Positions 18,439 through 27,808 of a stretch of DNA of 64,000 nt are shown here, piece after piece. The notes beneath the pieces were generated by a model. The model worked only from the letters and a program-made list of their open reading frames with translations, ran no database searches and was not told the DNA's origin. Where the stretch lies: positions 186,001-250,000 of the IMG/VR virus record IMGVR_UViG_3300027759_006101, one strand, 5' to 3'. Both the position numbers and the translations under genes were made by a program. Within the stretch, counting starts at the first letter, position 1; every line of letters starts with the position of its first letter.

Positions 18439-18727
18439 AATTCATAGTCCATCCATAGTTTTCTGAGTTTCTTGGACTCCATTCTACGGTAACTTTATAT
18501 GGCTTTTCAACTCTGACTAACCACCCAGCCGAAGAAGCCTCAAATTTATCTTGAGGTAAATCATAATTTCTCAAGATAGCTCGATATAAATCTTCTACGA
18601 TAGTTAAATGAGATTTTTGTGAATCAAAGCGACTTTTACATCCTCTTTCCAAAATCATAAAATCAAAATTGACTAATGCCTTATTTAAAGCATCGTATTG
18701 TTCTTCGGTAAAAAATCTTTTAATCAT
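18425..18727 (-). CDS. hypothetical protein
   Basis: Coupled ORF. Confidence 0.6.
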   Translation of the reverse strand: MIKRFFTEEQYDALNKALVNFDFMILERGCKSRFDSQKSHLTIVEDLYRAILRNYDLPQDKFEASSAGWLVRVEKPYKVTVEWSPRNSENYGWTMNYVKK

Positions 18728-18729
18728 AT

Positions 18730-19731
18730 TTATCTCCTTGGTGGTAATGAGTTTTGTTTAATTTCAAAAACACCATTGCCGATGAAGTTAGTAAGTGTAT
18801 CATAACCGCCATAAGAAACAGCAGAAGATATACCACCCCACAGTTCATCGACAAGTGTTTCAAGGGGGCTTAATTCATCAAGAATTGTTACTTCTTTCCC
18901 TTCTGAATGTCGATATGCTTTGCCAGTGGAAAGAATCTGCTGTTTATGAGATGCACCACCCCAATAAGTACCATCGCCTATTTGATGAGTCTCTGCTTCA
19001 AATGCTTTAGCAAAATATCCACCCATCATTACATAATCAGCGCCAGCACCAAAAGCTTTAGCAGCATAGCCAGAATTCTTTATTCCACCATCAGCAATAA
19101 TAAATGGTTTATGCCTATGATCTAAAAAAGGATCCCAAGGATTAGACTGGTCAATTTCCATAATTTCAGTAATTGGCCCACGATTGTATCCAGTAGAATC
19201 ATTGGTTGCACAAGGACTACCACCAGCAATACCTACACGGACATATCTCATAAATGTTTTATCAGTTCTGATTGCTGACAACATCTGAAAACCACGTTCA
19301 GAGTGTACGTTGCCCATCATCAAATTGTGAATTCTTGCTCTGTCGGAAAGCTTAATGACACAATCGTTAATTTCTTGATGCATATAGCCATTTGCCATAT
19401 CAATCAACCAAGACGTTGCTCCTGCTTCGGCTAACGCATCAACTCTGTCCCAATCATTTAAGCCTATGGAAACAAAAACATTTCTGCTGTTAGGTAAAGA
19501 ATTATAAAGCTCTACTTGCTCTTGGATAGAACAGAAGCGATGTAGACAGACAGTGAGACCAAGTTCGTTAGCTTTAAGAGCAAATGTCTTTCCTACAATT
19601 GCTTCCATAGGAGATACAATAATCCTATTTAATTCAACAGGAATATCTTTGCGTGACTTAACTTTACAAGGTTGAGCTACAAGATTTACATCATTGTAGT
19701 AAATAGATTTTGTCTTAAGTATTTGTGCCAT
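18730..19731 (-). CDS. guaC: GMP reductase/IMPDH-family oxidoreductase (no CBS domains)
   Basis: IDMANGY, VGIAGGSPCAT (catalytic Cys), IADGGIKNSG..AKAFGAGADYVMMGG and SEGK motifs. Confidence 0.7.
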   Translation of the reverse strand: MAQILKTKSIYYNDVNLVAQPCKVKSRKDIPVELNRIIVSPMEAIVGKTFALKANELGLTVCLHRFCSIQEQVELYNSLPNSRNVFVSIGLNDWDRVDALAEAGATSWLIDMANGYMHQEINDCVIKLSDRARIHNLMMGNVHSERGFQMLSAIRTDKTFMRYVRVGIAGGSPCATNDSTGYNRGPITEIMEIDQSNPWDPFLDHRHKPFIIADGGIKNSGYAAKAFGAGADYVMMGGYFAKAFEAETHQIGDGTYWGGASHKQQILSTGKAYRHSEGKEVTILDELSPLETLVDELWGGISSAVSYGGYDTLTNFIGNGVFEIKQNSLPPRR

Positions 19732-19837
19732 ATGGTACCCTTCAAAATAATATTATAGCTTACAAACAAACAATGCAAGAGGAACTATGAAAAAAAAGTA
19801 AGAAGAAAACTTTATAAATCCTAAAAAGGAATTCACT

Positions 19838-20344
19838 ATGAAAAGACAAATTATAGCAAAAATTAATAATATTGCTAATCAATTAGACAGTAGCGGGTTT
19901 TACGTTGAAGCAAATGCTCTTACAAGCGTAATGAAGAAATTGGCTTTTGACCGTGATTTTGACGAAGAAGGCACATACGACGAAATGTTTGGGGAAATGG
20001 ATGATGATCGTGAGCCAAACCTTCCTGATCCACCTGGAAATAACTCAAATGTTGCAGTGCGCAAAGGTGATAGAGGTTTTTACGTAAGTGCAACCTTATC
20101 AACAGATAAAGATAATATTTATCTTGGCGAAAAACATGGAAGAGAATCAGCTGGAGGATACATGGCCAAGTTTGAAAATAATAAAATGGATGCTATTGTA
20201 TATGCACAAGAATGGGCAGATGAACTTGGAGAAAAATACGATATTTTATTCACAGTTAAAGATAGAACAAAGCCAAGACCTTTTATGCCTGATACTGGTG
20301 CTATGGCGTATGAAAGAGAAAGAGACGAAAAATCTAGTTATTAA
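19838..20344 (+). CDS. hypothetical putative virion-internal protein with shared helical leader
   Basis: MKRQIIAKINNIANQLDSSGFYVEANALTSVMKKLA. Confidence 0.7.
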   Translation: MKRQIIAKINNIANQLDSSGFYVEANALTSVMKKLAFDRDFDEEGTYDEMFGEMDDDREPNLPDPPGNNSNVAVRKGDRGFYVSATLSTDKDNIYLGEKHGRESAGGYMAKFENNKMDAIVYAQEWADELGEKYDILFTVKDRTKPRPFMPDTGAMAYERERDEKSSY

Positions 20345-20346
20345 AC

Positions 20347-20378
20347 AAAAAAGGGGAGATTTATTCTCCCCTTTTTTT
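20347..20378. terminator. bidirectional terminator
   Basis: AAAAAAGGGGAGA-TTTAT-TCTCCCCTTTTTT. Confidence 0.9.
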
Positions 20379-20976
20379 ATTTTGTCTTCTTGCTTTCAAT
20401 CACAGTGTCGATGATTCCATATGCCTTTGCTTCATCTGCGCTCATATAGTAATCACGGTCACAATCATTTCGAAGCTTCTTTACTGTTTGTCCTGACTTT
20501 ACAGAAAGAATTTCAAGCAACTGGTCATAAAGCTTATTAGTCTCTTTTACTTGAATGTTGATGTCAGCAGCTGTTCCACGATATCCAGATGATACTTGGT
20601 GAATCATAATACGAGAGTGTGGAAGTGCAGAACGAGTACCAGTTCCTCCACATAATAGGATTGCTCCCATACTAGCAGCAGTTCCAACACAGGTAGTATT
20701 AATTGGTGCAGAAATGGTGTGCATAACGTCATATAATGCTAAACCATCTACTACACTTCCTCCTGGGCTATTAATGTAAAATTCAATAGCCATATGAGGA
20801 TCTTCACGATCAAGAAACAACATCTGCATAATACAGAGGTTCATAGAATGTTCGTTGACTTCTTCGCCAAGGAAAATGATGCGATCCTTGAGCAAACGTG
20901 AATACAGATCATAAGCACGTTCGCCTGTAGCAGATTTTTCGAGAACTGTTGGAATAATCATATATTGATTATCCAC
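20377..20976 (-). CDS. clpP: ATP-dependent Clp protease proteolytic subunit
   Basis: DLYSRLLKDRIIFL, YINSPGGSV, AASMG (Ser), IMIHQ (His) and RDYYMSA.EA..YGIID. Confidence 0.96.
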   Translation of the reverse strand: MDNQYMIIPTVLEKSATGERAYDLYSRLLKDRIIFLGEEVNEHSMNLCIMQMLFLDREDPHMAIEFYINSPGGSVVDGLALYDVMHTISAPINTTCVGTAASMGAILLCGGTGTRSALPHSRIMIHQVSSGYRGTAADINIQVKETNKLYDQLLEILSVKSGQTVKKLRNDCDRDYYMSADEAKAYGIIDTVIESKKTK

Positions 20977-20987
20977 TATATTTTCGA

Positions 20988-21755
20988 TTATGTCAAGCTT
21001 AATATTTTTGGATTTGGTGAAAGTATTTCAAATTCATCAAAAAATTCAACATTGTCATAAAACAAATGATCTGAGCCATATAGTGTATTTATCCATTTAC
21101 CTAATTCACCGATTCTAGGAGCATTTAACACAGATGCCATTGTAATTGGAGCTGTAGCATTAAATAAATTCATTTTAGCGCTGTTGATTATAGTAAGTTG
21201 TTCTTCTAAATTCTTGCAAACTAATAAATCTATTTTTTTCTTAAGTGGGAAATCATCATAGAGCTTTTCATCATAAGTAATAAATAATTTTTTATCATAT
21301 TGTTCAAACAACTGCAGGTATTGTTTTTCAACAAAACTATTAAAATCAAAAAGTGGTTTTCTATGAACAATCAAGTGATCTTTGTATTGATCATTTTTCT
21401 TCCAATTTAAAACTTTAAAATTTTTTGGAATAGTTGGACAATTTGGAAAAGCTGTATGCAAAAATATTGCCCAGAAAGGACGAGTACACCACATTCCATT
21501 AGTGCGGAATAAATTTAAATCATAATCAATTTTTTCGCCATTGTAAATTTGAAATGATTGGGTAAAAGATTGCGAAATAATAATTTGATACAAGCTATGA
21601 TAAGTATCTTCTAATCCAGTGCTAAATTTATCAAACTTTTCAGTTATATATATGTTAGATTTTACTCCATAAAAATAATACAAATATTTGGGGACAGTAA
21701 GCATATGGAATAAATCACCAAGCTTAGGGCCTATTAAAATATTTTTTGTTTGCAT
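20988..21755 (-). CDS. hypothetical protein, possibly GT9-like glycosyltransferase
   Basis: GPKLGD near N-terminus; LEEQLTIINSAK...ITMASVLNAPRI resembles the GT9 C-terminal pattern (weak). Confidence 0.45.
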   Translation of the reverse strand: MQTKNILIGPKLGDLFHMLTVPKYLYYFYGVKSNIYITEKFDKFSTGLEDTYHSLYQIIISQSFTQSFQIYNGEKIDYDLNLFRTNGMWCTRPFWAIFLHTAFPNCPTIPKNFKVLNWKKNDQYKDHLIVHRKPLFDFNSFVEKQYLQLFEQYDKKLFITYDEKLYDDFPLKKKIDLLVCKNLEEQLTIINSAKMNLFNATAPITMASVLNAPRIGELGKWINTLYGSDHLFYDNVEFFDEFEILSPNPKILSLT

Positions 21756-21773
21756 AAATTTATGATACAGAAT

Positions 21774-21806
21774 AAAAAAGGGGAAGAATTGCTTCTTCCC
21801 CTTTTT
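21774..21806. terminator. intrinsic terminator
   Basis: AAAAAAGGGGAAGAA-TTGC-TTCTTCCCCTTTTT. Confidence 0.9.
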
Positions 21807-21808
21807 GT

Positions 21809-22318
21809 TTATGATTTCTTGATTGAAATCTTCTTAACTGTTTCTTTTGGTTCTTCAGCTTTCAGAATAATCTTTTTGAAAGCTAATTTCAAGACACCAT
21901 CTTCTAAATGACAAACTTCAGGTTCAAGTTCAAGATCATCTGGTAATTGAATTGTTCTTGTAAAAGCAGATTGTTTTAATTCCTTAAGATGATAGAAATA
22001 ACTTTTCTCTCTTAAAATTCTTGAACTTCCAGTAATTGTAAGAAGTTTTGTTTCCTTGACAACTTCAATGTCAAGATCTTTTTCTACAACACCTGGTACA
22101 GCAAAATCCAAGCAGAAATAAAAATCGTCTTCAAAGATATCCATTTTTGGATAAGAAGTGTTGGAATGAATAAAGTTTTTACGATTACCTAAAAAATCGT
22201 CAAAAAACTTATTAATAATCTGTTCATGTTGAGCCATGATCATATTACGTTGTGGCATTAAAATTCTACGCTGAGGTAGATTTAATACATCATCTATACT
22301 AGCCATATATTTCTCCAT
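21809..22318 (-). CDS. Hsp20/alpha-crystallin small heat shock protein
   Basis: YPKMDIFE, FAVPGV, LTITG, FTRTIQLP and LEDGVLKL motifs; may start at the second ATG (22303, GGAG RBS). Confidence 0.9.
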   Translation of the reverse strand: MEKYMASIDDVLNLPQRRILMPQRNMIMAQHEQIINKFFDDFLGNRKNFIHSNTSYPKMDIFEDDFYFCLDFAVPGVVEKDLDIEVVKETKLLTITGSSRILREKSYFYHLKELKQSAFTRTIQLPDDLELEPEVCHLEDGVLKLAFKKIILKAEEPKETVKKISIKKS

Positions 22319-22395
22319 TTGCGCCCATTAGGTACGCTTGATAATAGGTGTCTGAAAGATCACCTGAGTGAATGCACTCAGTAAATATTATACCA
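22319..22395 (-). promoter_or_regulatory. extended -10 promoter and three-hairpin 5' UTR of Hsp20
   Basis: TGGTATAAT at 22395-22387; hairpins at 22364-22381, 22347-22364 and 22321-22337. Confidence 0.55.
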
Positions 22396-22423
22396 AGTTT
22401 AGAGAAAAATATTCCTTTTAAAT

Positions 22424-22448
22424 AAAAAATCCCCCGAAGGGGATTTTT
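22424..22448. terminator. intrinsic terminator
   Basis: AAAAAATCCCC-CGAA-GGGGATTTTT. Confidence 0.9.
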
Positions 22449-22449
22449 A

Positions 22450-22947
22450 TTACATTTCTGGCATTTCAGGCATTTCTTCTGCCATAAAATCCATTGGACT
22501 TTCTTCTAATGAGCTTTTCATTGCTGGAACTTTAAGTTTAGTTCCAGGTTGCAAAACATTTTTAGGGTTGATTTGAGGATTTAATTTTAATAACATTTGT
22601 AAGCTTATTCCCTTACGTGATGCGATTGAACTTAATGAATCGCCTTGGGAAACTGTATACACCCCAGGAGCATCTTTCCTTGGTGCTGGACCTAAATTTA
22701 TTGTTTGACCTTCATAAAGTACATTTTTAACTCCAGGATTGTATCCTTTTAATTGCATGACTGATACGCCAGTTTTTTCAGCAATGTCTCTTAAAAATTC
22801 TCTAAAATCTGTAACTTTATATGTTCTCTTTTCCTGTGCAACTTTCATAAATTCATTGTGAAATTTTGACGCTAAAACAAAATCACCATCTTGTGCGCAT
22901 TCATTTGCAATTTTATTAATTTGAGCTAATTTTTGAAACTTTGACAT
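22450..22947 (-). CDS. LysM-domain protein (two LysM-like repeats) with shared helical leader
   Basis: YTVSQGDSLSSIASRKGISLQMLLKLNP...LQPGTKLKVP; leader ends FMKVAQ. Confidence 0.8.
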   Translation of the reverse strand: MSKFQKLAQINKIANECAQDGDFVLASKFHNEFMKVAQEKRTYKVTDFREFLRDIAEKTGVSVMQLKGYNPGVKNVLYEGQTINLGPAPRKDAPGVYTVSQGDSLSSIASRKGISLQMLLKLNPQINPKNVLQPGTKLKVPAMKSSLEESPMDFMAEEMPEMPEM

Positions 22948-23067
22948 TATAAAATCCTTATCTAATGTAGATATTTACTAATTTATTCTACTGGTTAAAA
23001 ATAAAAACCTTTAAAAAATTATTTCTATTTTCTTAAAATAAAAATTTATCGCAGTATAATCTTTTGT

Positions 23068-23613
23068 ATGAATTATGATTTATGTGATTTGTTAAATAGA
23101 AAAATGGAAAATGCATTTAGCTATATTGCTAATGATTTGCCAAGAAATTCTATGCTTAAAAATACCAATATCATAGATGAATTTTTTGAATATGTCTCTC
23201 CAGATGAATATATCGAAACTATGGAATCTGAAGATTGTGAACACGAGTGTTATGGGTTTTGGATATACAGAAATGGAAAAATTTCAAATCAAATTGAAGA
23301 TTTTGACAAATCTGCTAGAAAAATTACCAGAGAACTTGCTAACATGAGCTTTTCAAACAGTCCAGCTCTTGATATAATGTATTTTTCTGGTTGTATGAAA
23401 GTTTTTATTTCCAAGAATAAAGCGATTTATGTAGAAACTTGCATTAGACCAACTCTCGACCAAATGTTTGCAATTAAAGATTTAGAAGCAAAATTTTTAG
23501 TAAAATCAGGTAAATTTTTGTGGAGAATCATCGAACGCAAAAAGAAATCATTGTGTCACGATGGCATTGGAAGTAACGCACTTCACGATTTTAAATGGGG
23601 GAAGATTAAGTAA
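23068..23613 (+). CDS. hypothetical protein (GFWI...G...VE...PT..Q pattern)
   Basis: 181-aa ORF; TATAAT 7 nt upstream. Confidence 0.65.
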   Translation: MNYDLCDLLNRKMENAFSYIANDLPRNSMLKNTNIIDEFFEYVSPDEYIETMESEDCEHECYGFWIYRNGKISNQIEDFDKSARKITRELANMSFSNSPALDIMYFSGCMKVFISKNKAIYVETCIRPTLDQMFAIKDLEAKFLVKSGKFLWRIIERKKKSLCHDGIGSNALHDFKWGKIK

Positions 23614-23948
23614 TGAAAAGTAATTATGTTCTTATGAGTGAGCAAGAAATCAATTTAATCAAGAATAGATTGAAAAATGACAAAGATATTGACGTGAATA
23701 ATTTCATTCACAAGCTTGACTATTACAAGAATTTGTGCACCAAAGAAAATATTAAAAAGAATTTAGAATACAAGACAACTGCAATTAGCAAGCTCAAATC
23801 TTATGATGTTGATTCTATTGATAATGAAGATTTTATTGTTGATGATGATGCAATGATTTCCACTATGAAGGATGGAGCATATGTACAAGTCTGGATGTGG
23901 GTGGAAAATGCTACTAAGCCTAAAAGAACGAGGAAGAAAACAGTCTAA
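23613..23948 (+). CDS. hypothetical protein
   Basis: Coupled ORF; ends DGAYVQVWMWV. Confidence 0.65.
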   Translation: MKSNYVLMSEQEINLIKNRLKNDKDIDVNNFIHKLDYYKNLCTKENIKKNLEYKTTAISKLKSYDVDSIDNEDFIVDDDAMISTMKDGAYVQVWMWVENATKPKRTRKKTV

Positions 23949-24481
23949 TGGTCAAAGAAAATTGGTATGCTGTTCACGTTCTTTCTCAATATGAAAATAA
24001 AGTAAAGAGCTATATTGAAAAAGTCAAGAAAGAACGTGGATTTGAAGATAAAGTTACAGAAATTATAGTTCCTGTTGACACAGAAGTTAAGAGAGTTCAA
24101 GGAAAAAAAATTGAAAAACAAAATAAAGTTTTTCCTGGATACGTTCTTGTCAAAATGAAATTAGATGATGAAACTTTTAACTTTATAAGAAGAGTTCCGG
24201 GAGTTACAAATTTTGTTTCATCTAGTGCAAAAAAACCAGTAGCACTTAAGGACTCTGAAATTAAAGCTATCTTAGATTCCCTTGACCCAAACAAAGGATT
24301 CACTCCTAAAAAGAAGTTTTCAAAAGATATGCTTGTAAGAATTATTGAAGGCCCGTTTTCAGAGTTTACTGGTAAAATTGAAACTGTTTACGAAGATAAA
24401 GAAATACTCAAGGTAATGATTTCCTTATTTGGCCGAGATACACCAATCGAAATTGAATACGCTCAAGTTGAAAGGATATAA
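23948..24481 (+). CDS. nusG: transcription termination/antitermination factor NusG
   Basis: WYAVHV...ENKVK, VFPGYVLVKM, PGVTNFV; KOW domain VRIIEGPFSEFTG...SLFGRDTPIE. Confidence 0.93.
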   Translation: MVKENWYAVHVLSQYENKVKSYIEKVKKERGFEDKVTEIIVPVDTEVKRVQGKKIEKQNKVFPGYVLVKMKLDDETFNFIRRVPGVTNFVSSSAKKPVALKDSEIKAILDSLDPNKGFTPKKKFSKDMLVRIIEGPFSEFTGKIETVYEDKEILKVMISLFGRDTPIEIEYAQVERI

Positions 24482-24509
24482 AAAAAGCTCCCTTTTGGGA
24501 GCTTTTTTT
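24481..24509. terminator. bidirectional terminator
   Basis: AAAAAAGCTCCC-TTTT-GGGAGCTTTTTT. Confidence 0.9.
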
Positions 24510-24511
24510 AT

Positions 24512-25534
24512 TTAGTATGTTTCGTAAGTTTCTGATACTGGAAGTATTTTATTGAATGTTACTAATCCATCAGCTGCTACAGCTGAAAGATTGAATCTTA
24601 CCCAATATCTTTCAGGATTAGGCGGAAGAACAACAATTGGATATCCACCAGCAATTATTCTATTTTGTTGAACTGTTAATGGATCGTTAGGAAGTAAAGT
24701 GTTAGCGGAAAAATCAGCTTTTACTGGAACCCATGTTGAACTACCAAGACCAGAGCCTTCTACAATGCCAGAGAATTTCATAGTATCTGAATTACCTGTA
24801 GAAGTATCATCAATTACTGTAAAGGAAGACCAAGCGGTCCCACTCCAAACTTGTCCTAGTAAATTAGCAGGAGCAGTAAGGCCAGTACCAACTTGGAATT
24901 CCCAGTGATCAATTTTCTTTCTTGACCCAATATAGATATAGTCTGTTGTAGCATTAAGGTTAAATTGAGAAGCATTTTCTCCACCATTACCTTTTGCAAT
25001 ACCTGTCACATCGTATATTGTTCCAGCAGTACCGCCAGTTCCAGTTTGTGCTTTTCCAACCAAAACTCTATAATCATCAATACTTTCTATACCTTGAGTA
25101 TCAGATCTAGGATAATCTAAAGGTAACGCTTTCTTACCAATCGCTGATATTCTTAAGGCAATATTGCTTCTAGACTCAGTAAATGTAAAAGCAACATTTA
25201 AGAAAGGTCTATTATATAATTGTTCGTGGTAAATTGCAGGATTAAAACCCCATCTGGCAATGAAAGATTCTGCAGCGGTAGCATTTACATCTGTGCCATC
25301 TCTGTAAATTAAATGAGCTTTACCATCTGTAGTACTATTTCTGTAATGAGCTCCCGTATTTAAAATACTAAATGCAGATACTGTAAATGCTGTGCCTGAT
25401 ACATTTGTAATTCTTAATTCATCTATTGTTGATTGGGGATACCAAGGTATAGTTGCATATACAGATGTGCCTGAAACTGTAAATCCAACTGATGACTTTA
25501 ATATTTGATTATATAAACCATTGACGACACTCAT
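24512..25534 (-). CDS. putative virion structural protein (beta-rich, G/T/S-rich)
   Basis: Composition like the tail proteins; YWVRF motif. Confidence 0.6.
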   Translation of the reverse strand: MSVVNGLYNQILKSSVGFTVSGTSVYATIPWYPQSTIDELRITNVSGTAFTVSAFSILNTGAHYRNSTTDGKAHLIYRDGTDVNATAAESFIARWGFNPAIYHEQLYNRPFLNVAFTFTESRSNIALRISAIGKKALPLDYPRSDTQGIESIDDYRVLVGKAQTGTGGTAGTIYDVTGIAKGNGGENASQFNLNATTDYIYIGSRKKIDHWEFQVGTGLTAPANLLGQVWSGTAWSSFTVIDDTSTGNSDTMKFSGIVEGSGLGSSTWVPVKADFSANTLLPNDPLTVQQNRIIAGGYPIVVLPPNPERYWVRFNLSAVAADGLVTFNKILPVSETYETY

Positions 25535-25607
25535 AAATGATGCTCCGTTTTAGCAGACTTCTTATTGATTATTTTTCTTGCGAGAGCTTTTTATTTCCTT
25601 TTATCCA

Positions 25608-25705
25608 TTGACTTTCAGCAATGGTTTCTGTAAAATAAGATTGTTCAAGAGTATCGTCTATGTAAAAAGGGAAAGGCGCTCTGCTCTTGAACAAAGGTAT
25701 AAATT
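25608..25705 (+). promoter_or_regulatory. sigma70-type promoter and structured 5' UTR of thyX
   Basis: TTGACT-N17-TAAAAT (25608-25636); 11-bp inverted repeat TTGTTCAAGAG/CTCTTGAACAA (25641-25694). Confidence 0.65.
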
Positions 25706-27088
25706 ATGAAAATACAATACGTTTCAATATGCCCAACTGAATCTGCTAAACAAAATGATTGCTATGCATTAACTCCCGAATTACTTGCAGCCACAGGAGC
25801 TCGTTATTCTAGGAATAATGAAGGGCTTGATGCTATTGTATCAAAGATTGATTTCTCAAATACAGACAAATCAGTTGATGGTATTTTCAAGATGGTAGAT
25901 TACGGACACGCTTCTATTGCGGATATGGCTCCAGTCGCCTTATTTATTGATGATATCTCTTTGTTTGCAGCATATTTTCTTTGGACATTAGCTCCTACTG
26001 CTGGTGGACAAGAATGTTCAACAAGATACATTAAGTTAGATGCTAATAGTGTAGTTGATGATGACACTTTAGGCATTCCTGAACATTTAAAATTAGATTA
26101 TTGGAAATATGTTGAAAAATCATTTCAATCTTATGAATTAGCACTTGAATATTGGACTGATCTAGGCAATTTACATCCAGAATTAACCAAAATATCATCT
26201 CTTTTGCTCAATTCGTCATCTGATAAAGATAAGAAACAAGTATCCAGAATGATGCGTAATTTTGCATTTGACAGAGCTAGAGTTTATCTTCCTGTTTCTG
26301 CAATGACTGGCGTGATGATGATTCAATCTGCTCGTGCTTGGGCAAATATGTCAGCACATCTACAGTCTCATTCTTTACGTGAATTGAACCTTATTGGTAA
26401 AGAAATTGAAGAAAAACTAAAGATTGGTGCATCACGACTTGTAAAACATTGTCGTCCAACACAAGCAATAAAAGATTTTTATTCTTTTGAAAATAACTTT
26501 GAGAAAAAGTATTGCAAAATGAAGAATAAGTTCTTGCCTTCTTCAAATCAATGTGATACTTCACTGAAAGTACATACAAATAAAAAACTTGACATTGAAG
26601 CTTTATCTTTCAGAACTAATAGATATTCTCCATTTGGTCATACAATATCTCAAATTCCAGTAACATTTAGCTGGGAAGGTATTACATTTGGAGAAATAAG
26701 AGACCTAAATCGTCATAGAACTGGCTCTAAGTATTGTTCTCTAGTTCCAATAGGCTTTTATGGTGCAACAGATCAGATTCCAAACGAACAGTCTGCAGTT
26801 TCCGAAAAAATAAATCTGTTGCATAGTAATTTCAGCCAATCATCTGAAGCTGCAAGAAAACTTATGAACTCAATTCCAGAATATATTTATTTTACTTCTT
26901 TAGGTCATAAATATTTCTTTGAGCATACAACTACTGCAAATAATTTTATTTACGAAATGGAATTAAGGACTGGAGTTGGTTCTCATTATAAATATGCAGA
27001 ACATTGCCATAAAGCTTTAGAACTCTGGTATCAAAAATATCCTCAAACAAATGGGTTAATATTTGAAGGCAGCGCAGAACCAGAATAG
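25706..27088 (+). CDS. thyX: FAD-dependent thymidylate synthase, tandem-domain ThyX-like
   Basis: HASIAD, ECSTRY, FDRARVYLP and EIRDLNRHR motifs; 460 aa is consistent with two Thy1 domains. Confidence 0.75.
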   Translation: MKIQYVSICPTESAKQNDCYALTPELLAATGARYSRNNEGLDAIVSKIDFSNTDKSVDGIFKMVDYGHASIADMAPVALFIDDISLFAAYFLWTLAPTAGGQECSTRYIKLDANSVVDDDTLGIPEHLKLDYWKYVEKSFQSYELALEYWTDLGNLHPELTKISSLLLNSSSDKDKKQVSRMMRNFAFDRARVYLPVSAMTGVMMIQSARAWANMSAHLQSHSLRELNLIGKEIEEKLKIGASRLVKHCRPTQAIKDFYSFENNFEKKYCKMKNKFLPSSNQCDTSLKVHTNKKLDIEALSFRTNRYSPFGHTISQIPVTFSWEGITFGEIRDLNRHRTGSKYCSLVPIGFYGATDQIPNEQSAVSEKINLLHSNFSQSSEAARKLMNSIPEYIYFTSLGHKYFFEHTTTANNFIYEMELRTGVGSHYKYAEHCHKALELWYQKYPQTNGLIFEGSAEPE

Positions 27089-27808
27089 TTAGATTCTGTA
27101 GTAAAGCTCAAAACCTTCTATGGATTTTATTTGCATAGAGTAATTAGAAACAGTAGTAGGTAAATCAAATAACATAATGCAGTCATCGTGTTCTTTGATT
27201 CTATTGTAATAAAAATTGATTTTTGTCAAATAATTATTTTTATTATGTTCAATTATTATATTTTGCAACTCAAATGGCATAAACTCACAACTAGCATCCA
27301 TAATTAGATTTTTTTCAGGTAAAAGTTCTTTCATTGCTATTTTGAAATCTCCATATGAAATTAGCTCACCATTCATAGCTTGCGAAATGATGTCTGAATA
27401 ATTAGTTATGGATTGTTTTATGTCCAAAGGTTCTAGAACACTATTGAACACAAAATCTGCTCGTGAAATTGAAAATAAATAATCTTTATTTGTATGTTCT
27501 CCATTCAATAAAGAATGAAAACATTGCTGTAAATCATTTAAGCTTAAAACATTATTTGATAAATATACAGCAATGTTTTCATAATTAGGTAAAGAGTAAC
27601 ACAGAATTAATCTTTTCAGTAAATTTGTGTCATCATCATAACTTTTTATTTCCAAAAAAGAATCAGTATCAATTGTAAATCTTGAGGTTTTGGAAGCTTC
27701 AAAACCTACCAGAATAAAATATCTGTGGTAGTTAATTTGACTGGTCTGATAAGCTACTTTTTCAAGCTCTTCCTGCGATTTTATTAAGAAACACACTAGA
27801 TTGTTCAC
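27089..27808 (-). CDS. hypothetical protein
   Basis: 239-aa ORF, GTG start with TATAAA 6 nt upstream. Confidence 0.6.
   Translation of the reverse strand: MNNLVCFLIKSQEELEKVAYQTSQINYHRYFILVGFEASKTSRFTIDTDSFLEIKSYDDDTNLLKRLILCYSLPNYENIAVYLSNNVLSLNDLQQCFHSLLNGEHTNKDYLFSISRADFVFNSVLEPLDIKQSITNYSDIISQAMNGELISYGDFKIAMKELLPEKNLIMDASCEFMPFELQNIIIEHNKNNYLTKINFYYNRIKEHDDCIMLFDLPTTVSNYSMQIKSIEGFELYYRI

Noticed and set aside
22364-22381. CIRCE operator upstream of Hsp20
   Set aside because: The repeat is CTGAGTG-N4-CACTCAG; arm order and spacer do not match TTAGCACTC-N9-GAGTGCTAA.
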